Shown piece after piece: positions 57,873 to 64,000 of a stretch of DNA of 64,000 bases. The notes beneath the pieces are model-generated. The model did no database searches. It worked only from the letters and a program-made list of their open reading frames with translations, and was not told the DNA's origin. The translations under genes and the position numbers were made by a program. The stretch is from Pseudomonadota bacterium (GTDB taxonomy: Bacteria > Pseudomonadota > Alphaproteobacteria > Rhodobacterales > Rhodobacteraceae): positions 52,031 to 116,030 of the forward strand of contig JBCCQX010000004.1 of the NCBI GenBank assembly GCA_039208585.1, in the 5' to 3' direction. Position 1 is the stretch's first letter, and each line of letters begins with the position of its first letter.

Positions 57873-58984
57873 AAAACAGCCGTCCGCCAAAGCGCGATCT
57901 TGAGACCGCCGTGATCTAACCGAGGGGATTGAGAGACCCAGTCGAGCCCAGTGGCCTTTGCCAAACCCGGCTCGCTGGTCACCATCCCCACGCGCCATCC
58001 CTGAAACCGGCTCCGCATGACCTCGCCGAAAGCGGCATAGAGCCCATAGAGCAGTTTTTTGCTGCCGATCCGGCCGCCGTAGGGCGGGTTGACCATCACA
58101 AGACCGAGGCCGATATCCTGAGGCGGCATCAAAGCTGCGATCGGCAAACAATTGACACTTATTCTGTCGCCAACCCCGGCCCGCGCAGCATTGGCCGCCG
58201 CCATCTGCACCGCGCCTTGATCGCGATCAGACCCAAAAAACCGCGCCTCACCGACTGCCTGCCGGGGTCGGTCGCGCAGCTTTTGCCAGGCTGCTGCATC
58301 AAAGGACGCCAGCGTCTCAAAAGCAAAAGACCGCGCTCGTCCCGGCGCCAACCCTGCCGCGATTTCTGCCGCTTCAATCAAAAAGGTGCCCGAGCCGCAC
58401 ATCGGATCCAGCACAGGTTCCCGCCCATCATATCCACAGGCACGCAAAAACAGCGCCGCGAGAGTCTCGCGCAGGGGCGCCTTGCCCACGGCTGTCTTGT
58501 GTCCGCGTTTGTGCAAAGCCACGCCTGACGTATCGACACTCAGAACCACGCGATTGTCGTCGATGCGCGCCTTGATAATGCATGCGGCGTCATCTTGAAC
58601 GCGGATGCCGTGGCACTCCTGCAGGGCCCGCGCGATACGCTGCTGAGCCGCACCTGCGTGATAAATGCGCGAAGCATGGCAACGCACCTCTACCCGCACG
58701 GGAACCTCTGATCGCAGCACCTGATGCCAGGGGAATTTGCGCGCGCGCTTGTCCAATTGCGCCAGATGAAATGCCATGAAGCTGCCGATGCGCGCCAGCA
58801 CCCGCACGGCACCCCGCAGGTCCAGATTGGCACGCCACACGTCAGGCCAACCGCCCCTCACAGCGACACCGCCGGGAAGCACGCGTGGGTCCTGAAAACC
58901 TTTTTCCGCAGCCTCCGCGCACAGCAGATGTTCCAAACCTGGCGGGCAGACCAGAAAAATCTCAAAAGGGTCTGGCGCGGTCAT
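57860..58984 (-). CDS. THUMP-domain RNA methyltransferase (RlmL N-terminal-like)
   Basis: PPGLE..L..E, DTSG..LHKRG, APLRETLAA, DPMCGSGT and NPPYG motifs. Confidence 0.88.
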   Translation of the reverse strand: MTAPDPFEIFLVCPPGLEHLLCAEAAEKGFQDPRVLPGGVAVRGGWPDVWRANLDLRGAVRVLARIGSFMAFHLAQLDKRARKFPWHQVLRSEVPVRVEVRCHASRIYHAGAAQQRIARALQECHGIRVQDDAACIIKARIDDNRVVLSVDTSGVALHKRGHKTAVGKAPLRETLAALFLRACGYDGREPVLDPMCGSGTFLIEAAEIAAGLAPGRARSFAFETLASFDAAAWQKLRDRPRQAVGEARFFGSDRDQGAVQMAAANAARAGVGDRISVNCLPIAALMPPQDIGLGLVMVNPPYGGRIGSKKLLYGLYAAFGEVMRSRFQGWRVGMVTSEPGLAKATGLDWVSQSPRLDHGGLKIALWRTAVLSRT

Positions 58985-59098
58985 GCCGTATCTCACCTCG
59001 TTTCTTCCAGCGCGTGATACATGCCGAACATCGTCGATACAATTTGAGACCTTCCCCCGCCGGCGATCCCATGACACTGTACCAGAGAAAGGACCGCC

Positions 59099-59785
59099 AT
59101 GCCGATCACAACTTGTGTCTTTGATGCCTATGGCACGTTGTTTGACGTCGCAGCCGCTGCGCGTCAGGCCGCGCAAGAGCCCGACTTTGCCGCTATCAAG
59201 GACGATTGGCCCCTGTTGGCAGAGCACTGGCGGCTCAAGCAGCTGCAATATTCATGGCTGCGCGCCATCACCGAGGCCCATGTGGATTTTTGGGAGGTGA
59301 CGCAGAACGGGCTCGACTGGGCGCTCGAAAAAACCGGTCATGCCGAGGATGCAGCCCTGCGCGCGCGTCTCTTGGCGCTGTATTGGGAACTGCAAGCCTA
59401 CCCGGAAGTCCCCGCGATGCTGCGCGCCTTGAAGGAAGGGGGGCGAAACACTGCGATCCTGTCGAATGGATCGCCGGAGATGCTCGCCGGGGCGGTCGGT
59501 TCTGCGGGCCTGAGCAGTGATGTGGATGTCTGCCTGTCGGTGCAAAGCGTCGGGGTCTTCAAACCGGATGCACGGGTCTACGACCTGGTTGGGCAGCATT
59601 TTGGCTGCGCGACTGAAGAGGTGCTTTTCGTGTCGTCAAACGGCTGGGACGCCGCGGCGGCAACAGGCTATGGCTTTACCACCGTATGGGTCAACCGGAC
59701 CGGCGAACCCATGGATAGATTGCCCTGGACGCCTGCGTATACATTGACGGATTTGACCTCCATCCCTGAACATGCGGGGCTTTGA
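59099..59785 (+). CDS. Haloacid dehalogenase, type II
   Basis: FDAYGTLFDV, KQLQYSW, SNG, FKP..VY and VSSNGWDA motifs. Confidence 0.92.
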   Translation: MPITTCVFDAYGTLFDVAAAARQAAQEPDFAAIKDDWPLLAEHWRLKQLQYSWLRAITEAHVDFWEVTQNGLDWALEKTGHAEDAALRARLLALYWELQAYPEVPAMLRALKEGGRNTAILSNGSPEMLAGAVGSAGLSSDVDVCLSVQSVGVFKPDARVYDLVGQHFGCATEEVLFVSSNGWDAAAATGYGFTTVWVNRTGEPMDRLPWTPAYTLTDLTSIPEHAGL

Positions 59786-60609
59786 TGGCGCATTTCACCA
59801 CTTCTGACAGTCTCTCGCTCTACTACTCTGATGAAGGCGAAGGGCTGCCCATTCTCTGCCTCGCGGGTTTGACACGGACAACAGCGGATTTTGACGATGT
59901 GACCCCACATCTTGCCGGGCACAGGTTGATCAAAATGGATTACCGCGGCCGCGGCCAATCCGATTTTGACCCGAACTGGCAAAATTACACGCTGCCCGTC
60001 GAATGCCGCGACGTGTTGGAATTGCTGGATCATCTGAGCGTGGCGCAGGTTGCCATCCTCGGCACCTCGCGCGGGGGCATGAACGCCATGGGCTTGGCGG
60101 CCAGTGCAAAAGACCGGCTGTTGGGCGTGGCGCTCAACGACGTGGGGCCGGTGCTCGACCCCAAAGGACTGGCGGTTATCATGACCTACCTCGGTCGCAA
60201 TCCGGCTGCAAAGACCCACGCCGAGGCTGCAGCGGCTTTGGCGTTTGTCTTTCCAGAGTTTGAGGATGTGCCCCCCGAACGCTGGCTGCGCGAGGCGCAA
60301 AAGAACTTCGTGCAAACGGCGCAGGGCTTGCAGATTACCTATGATCCCCACCTGCGCGACGCTGTGGAAGCCGCCATGGCACAGGATGAGATTGATCTTT
60401 GGCCCTTTTTTGACGCGCTAGAGGGGCTGCCCCTGGCGCTGATACACGGGGCAAGCTCATCTCTCCTGCGTGACGATACCGTCACTGAAATGCAGCGGCG
60501 CAGACCCGATTTGATCCTGGGCAGGGTGCCCGGGCGCGGGCATGTCCCTTTTCTTGATGAACCAGAAGCGGTTGCAGCCCTGCGCGCCTGGTTGGAGAAG
60601 ATTGCGTGA
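59785..60609 (+). CDS. Alpha/beta hydrolase
   Basis: DYRGRG.S, GTSRGG nucleophile elbow and GHVP motifs; TGATG overlap with the upstream gene. Confidence 0.9.
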   Translation: MAHFTTSDSLSLYYSDEGEGLPILCLAGLTRTTADFDDVTPHLAGHRLIKMDYRGRGQSDFDPNWQNYTLPVECRDVLELLDHLSVAQVAILGTSRGGMNAMGLAASAKDRLLGVALNDVGPVLDPKGLAVIMTYLGRNPAAKTHAEAAAALAFVFPEFEDVPPERWLREAQKNFVQTAQGLQITYDPHLRDAVEAAMAQDEIDLWPFFDALEGLPLALIHGASSSLLRDDTVTEMQRRRPDLILGRVPGRGHVPFLDEPEAVAALRAWLEKIA

Positions 60610-61577
60610 ACATCGATATGATCCGCGCGGCGGCGGCACGACTTGCCGGGCACGCGCGACAAACACCGCTGCTTAACTCCTCTTTCATCGACGCGCTTGC
60701 CGGACGGCGGGTATGGATCAAGGCGGAATGTCTGCAGCACACCGGCAGCTTTAAGTTTCGCGGTGCCTGGTCGGCGCTTTCCGCACTTGACCCCGATGTC
60801 AGGGCGCGGGGGGTCATCGCCTTTTCAAGCGGCAACCACGCGCAGGGCATCGCCCTGGCGGCGAAACTACACCGTGTTCCTGCCGTCATCGTGATGCCCT
60901 CTGACAGCCCACAGATGAAGCTTGACAATACCCGGGCCTATGGGGCCGAGGTTGTCACATATGACCGCGCATCAGAAGATCGTGACGTCATCGGCGCACA
61001 GCTAAGCCAAGAGCGCGGCCTGACGCTGATCAAACCCTTCGACGCGCCCGAGGTGATCGCGGGGCAAGGCACTTGCGGGCTTGAGATTGCCAAGCAGGCC
61101 CACGCAGAAGGCATCAAGAATGCCGATGTGATCGTGTGTTGTGGCGGTGGTGGCTTTACCTCTGGCATCGCCCTAGCGCTAGAGGCCGATGCGCCTCACC
61201 TGCGGGTGCGCCCCGCAGAGCCGGAGGGCTTTGACGACGTGGCCCGCTCCCTGCGCTCTGGCACGGTCGAGCGCAACGCGCAGACAGCCGGTAATATCTG
61301 CGATGCGATCATCACCCCGCAACCCGGAGAGATCACATGGCCGATCATGAAACGCCTGCTCGGCCCCGGTTTGGTGATCTCAGAGACTGAAGCGCTGCGC
61401 GCCATGCAGCATGCCTGGGCGCGGCTGAAGGTGGTGGCCGAACCAGGTGGTGCCGCAGCGCTGGCGGCGGCGCTGTTTCGGCGCGATCAGATAGAAGGTG
61501 ATGACGTTATCGTGACCCTTTCAGGGGGCAATGTGGACCCGGGCCTTTTTGTCAAAGCGCTCTCTTTGCCCGCATGA
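60606..61577 (+). CDS. PLP-dependent serine/threonine dehydratase family protein
   Basis: GSFKFRGA, SSGNHAQG, GQGT.GLE, GGGG and AEPGGA motifs. Confidence 0.9.
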   Translation: MNIDMIRAAAARLAGHARQTPLLNSSFIDALAGRRVWIKAECLQHTGSFKFRGAWSALSALDPDVRARGVIAFSSGNHAQGIALAAKLHRVPAVIVMPSDSPQMKLDNTRAYGAEVVTYDRASEDRDVIGAQLSQERGLTLIKPFDAPEVIAGQGTCGLEIAKQAHAEGIKNADVIVCCGGGGFTSGIALALEADAPHLRVRPAEPEGFDDVARSLRSGTVERNAQTAGNICDAIITPQPGEITWPIMKRLLGPGLVISETEALRAMQHAWARLKVVAEPGGAAALAAALFRRDQIEGDDVIVTLSGGNVDPGLFVKALSLPA

Positions 61578-61805
61578 CCCCGATCAAGATCACCAGTGTC
61601 CACGGGGCTTGTGAGGGTATCAACCATATCTTACCGACGCATCGCGTCATGCTCATTTGGTCAAATCACATCGGTGAGACGCGCTATTTCAGCGGTCTGA
61701 ACACTCATTTGATCGATGCCAGCGACCTGGCGGCGCCGTATCACACGCTGGCGTGGGACCGCTGGACATCATGGGGGCAATCGACGTGAAAAAGGAGGAG
61801 ACGCG

Positions 61806-62594
61806 ATGAGGATGTTTGACACGGGCGCGGTGCGCCTGCACTACCGCGTGGATGGGCCCGCAGAAGGCGCGCCGGTGGTTTTTTCAAACTCACTGGGCAC
61901 CGACATGCGGCTGTGGGATCTGGTCCTGCCGCATCTTCCCGCGGGGTTGCGCATCATCCGGTATGACAAACGCGGCCACGGGCTGTCCTCCTGCCCCGAT
62001 GCGCCGTATTCGATGGGGGCGCTGGTCTCTGATGTGGAACGGCTGATGGATCATCTCGAGGTCGAAAACGCCGTCTTTGTGGGGCTGTCGATCGGCGGGA
62101 TGACAGCGCAGGGTCTTGCGGCAAAGCGGCTGGATCTCGTGCGGGCGCTGGTACTGTCGAACACGGGGGCTAAGATCGGCACACCGAATGTCTGGGATGA
62201 GCGCATCGCCGCGGTGCAGGCAGGCGGGATTGAGGCGCTTGCCGATGCCGTAATGACGCGCTGGTTCTCGGATGATTTCCGCAAAACCGCAGAACTTGAA
62301 CTGTGGCGCAACATGCTCGTGCGCGGCGAAGATGAAGGCTATCTGGGGTGTTCGGCCGCGATTTCAGGGGCGGATCTTTACAGCGTGACCAGCGGCTTGC
62401 GCCTGCCCGCGCTGGGGATCGCAGGATTGGAAGACGGGTCCACCCCGCCCGATCTGGTGCGCGAGACGATTGATCTGATCCCAGGGTCCAAATTTCACCT
62501 GATCCGAAAGGCGGGCCACCTGCCCTGCGTCGAACAACCCGAAGAATACGCCCGCGTATTGACCAACTTCCTGCATGAGATCGGCCATGTCTGA
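61806..62594 (+). CDS. pcaD: 3-oxoadipate enol-lactonase
   Basis: NSLGTD..LWD, YDKRGHG.S, GLSIGG, WDERI..V and GHLPCVEQP motifs. Confidence 0.92.
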   Translation: MRMFDTGAVRLHYRVDGPAEGAPVVFSNSLGTDMRLWDLVLPHLPAGLRIIRYDKRGHGLSSCPDAPYSMGALVSDVERLMDHLEVENAVFVGLSIGGMTAQGLAAKRLDLVRALVLSNTGAKIGTPNVWDERIAAVQAGGIEALADAVMTRWFSDDFRKTAELELWRNMLVRGEDEGYLGCSAAISGADLYSVTSGLRLPALGIAGLEDGSTPPDLVRETIDLIPGSKFHLIRKAGHLPCVEQPEEYARVLTNFLHEIGHV

Positions 62595-62964
62595 TCGGCA
62601 CGCGCAAGGCATGAAGACGCGACGCGCCGTTCTGGGCGATGCCCATGTCGACCGCGCAGCGCAGGCGCAGACGGCAGATGATGAACCGTTTCAGACGCTG
62701 ATCACAGAGGCAGCCTGGGGCACCGTCTGGGCATCTGATGCCATCAGCCTGCGAGAACGCTCAATGCTGACCCTGGCGCTGCTGGCGGCGATGGGTAATT
62801 TCGATGAAGTCGAAATGCACGTCCGCGCCTGCGCGCGCACCGGGGCCAGCAAAAGCGATGTGATGGAGGCTTTTCAACATGTCGCGATCTATTGCGGGGT
62901 GCCCAAAGCCAACCACGCGATCAGAATCGCGAAACGGGTCTGGGCCGAGGAGCCAAGCGCTTGA
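62587..62964 (+). CDS. pcaC: 4-carboxymuconolactone decarboxylase
   Basis: GM.TRRAVLGD.HV, AWG.VW, RERSMLTL and AIYCGVP.AN motifs. Confidence 0.92.
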   Translation: MSDRHAQGMKTRRAVLGDAHVDRAAQAQTADDEPFQTLITEAAWGTVWASDAISLRERSMLTLALLAAMGNFDEVEMHVRACARTGASKSDVMEAFQHVAIYCGVPKANHAIRIAKRVWAEEPSA

Positions 62965-64000
62965 CCGCATCTGTATTCGACAGCCCGCTGTATGCCAGAT
63001 TGTTCCATGCGGGCGAGGCAGCCCGGCTCTTTTCCGATACCGCTGCGATACGCGCGATGCTGCTGGTGGAAGGCGCATTGGCAAAGGTTCAAGGCGAGCT
63101 GGGCGTGATCCCCGAATTGAGCGCGGCAGCGATCCATCGGGCAAGCATGGAAATCCAGATTGATCCAGGGGCCATCGCGGCTGAGACAGGCCAAAACGGC
63201 GTTCCCATTCCCGGCCTCGTCGCTGCCTTTCGGGCAGAGATGAACGCGCCGGAGCATGCGCAATACGTCCACTGGGGCGCCACCTCGCAAGACATCATCG
63301 ACACGGGCTTGATGCTGCGCCTGCGCCAATCGCTTGCCCTTGCAGAGGCAGATTTGCGGGGCATCCTTAAATCACTAGCGGCAGAGGCAGAGGCGCATGC
63401 CACGCTTCCGATGGCCGCGCGCACCTACGGTCAGCAGGCAACGCCGACGTCCTGGGGCGCTGTGCTGGCACAGTTTGGCATGCCGCTGCTAGAGGCAGTG
63501 AAAAGCCTCGACGGGCTTCGACAGAACGCCTTGTGGGTCTCCTTATCAGGCGCGGCAGGCACGTCCGCCGCATTCGGAGATCACGGCGATCAGACGCGCG
63601 CTGCGCTGGCCGCCGCGCTGGGCCTGAACGACCCCGGGCGATCTTGGCACACAGATCGCGGCCCACTCATCCGCATTGCCGATTGGCTGGGTCACGTGAT
63701 GATCGCGCTTGGGCACATGGGGCAAACGCTCATCGGGCTTTGCACCACCGAAGTGGCCGAGGTGAGCCTGGGGATCGCCGGTGCCTCTTCAACGATGCCG
63801 CAAAAACAAAACCCGGTCGGCCCATCGGCTTTGGCGGCTTTGTCAGCGCATTTTGCAGGGCTGCGCGGCACATTTCAAACCGCCGCCACCCATCAACATC
63901 AACGCGACGGCGCGGCATGGTTTGCCGAGTGGCTGGTGATCCCACAAATGGTGCTTTGCGCCGCATCTGCCCTGCAGCATGCCAAGGCACTGGCCCAAAA
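62961..64000 (+). CDS. pcaB: 3-carboxy-cis,cis-muconate cycloisomerase, partial at the window end and absent from the ORF track
   Basis: Manual translation from the TTG at 62961 gives MTASVFDSPLYARLF..., VHWGATSQDIIDT, ARTYGQQA and SSTMPQKQNP (fumarase/lyase signature). Confidence 0.9.
   Translation, partial: MTASVFDSPLYARLFHAGEAARLFSDTAAIRAMLLVEGALAKVQGELGVIPELSAAAIHRASMEIQIDPGAIAAETGQNGVPIPGLVAAFRAEMNAPEHAQYVHWGATSQDIIDTGLMLRLRQSLALAEADLRGILKSLAAEAEAHATLPMAARTYGQQATPTSWGAVLAQFGMPLLEAVKSLDGLRQNALWVSLSGAAGTSAAFGDHGDQTRAALAAALGLNDPGRSWHTDRGPLIRIADWLGHVMIALGHMGQTLIGLCTTEVAEVSLGIAGASSTMPQKQNPVGPSALAALSAHFAGLRGTFQTAATHQHQRDGAAWFAEWLVIPQMVLCAASALQHAKALAQ

Noticed and set aside
58985-59248. N-terminal extension of the 462-aa methyltransferase ORF
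   Set aside because: It overlaps the divergent HAD gene; homolog-like sequence starts at MTAPDPFEIF (58984). Similar upstream extensions were trimmed for argF, opgG, rpsA, metK, miaB and others.
1-64000. CRISPR array, tRNA, rRNA, transposase or integrase
   Set aside because: The repeats are dispersed rather than regularly spaced with spacers, and I saw no cas, tRNA, rRNA, transposase or integrase signatures. This was by eye only.

Overview
GC-rich chromosomal segment of an alphaproteobacterium; gene content and order point to the Roseobacter group of Rhodobacteraceae (inference). It is mostly housekeeping: thiN, argD-argF, gcrA, a TPR/opgC/opgG/opgH periplasmic-glucan cluster, arsR-arsP-like genes, kpsT/kpsE-like-kdsA-phosphomannomutase, trpF-lapA-ihfB-rpsA-cmk-aroA-trmB-metK-lnt-corC-ybeY-phoH-miaB, irr-fabA, a family-5 peptide-type ABC transporter, fabB-fabI and pcaD-pcaC-pcaB (runs off the window). 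I saw no rRNA, tRNA, CRISPR array, transposase or integrase. Features missing from the ORF track: (1) a 12-codon Arg-rich, probably leaderless uORF (MRRVKKISVRRR) with its own promoter upstream of argD-argF, a candidate arginine attenuator; (2) a SAM/SAH riboswitch before metK; (3) seven copies of a TA-flanked MITE-like element, four starting exactly on the upstream gene's TAA stop; (4) two further short repeat families; (5) a frameshifted 3' remnant of a second substrate-binding-protein gene, with an AT-rich DUF3422-like orphan in place of its missing 5' part, inside an ABC operon lying between fabA and fabB. A lipoprotein and an OmpA-domain protein, encoded side by side, share an unnamed two-Cys motif. 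All family assignments come from motif recognition and memory; no database searches were run.
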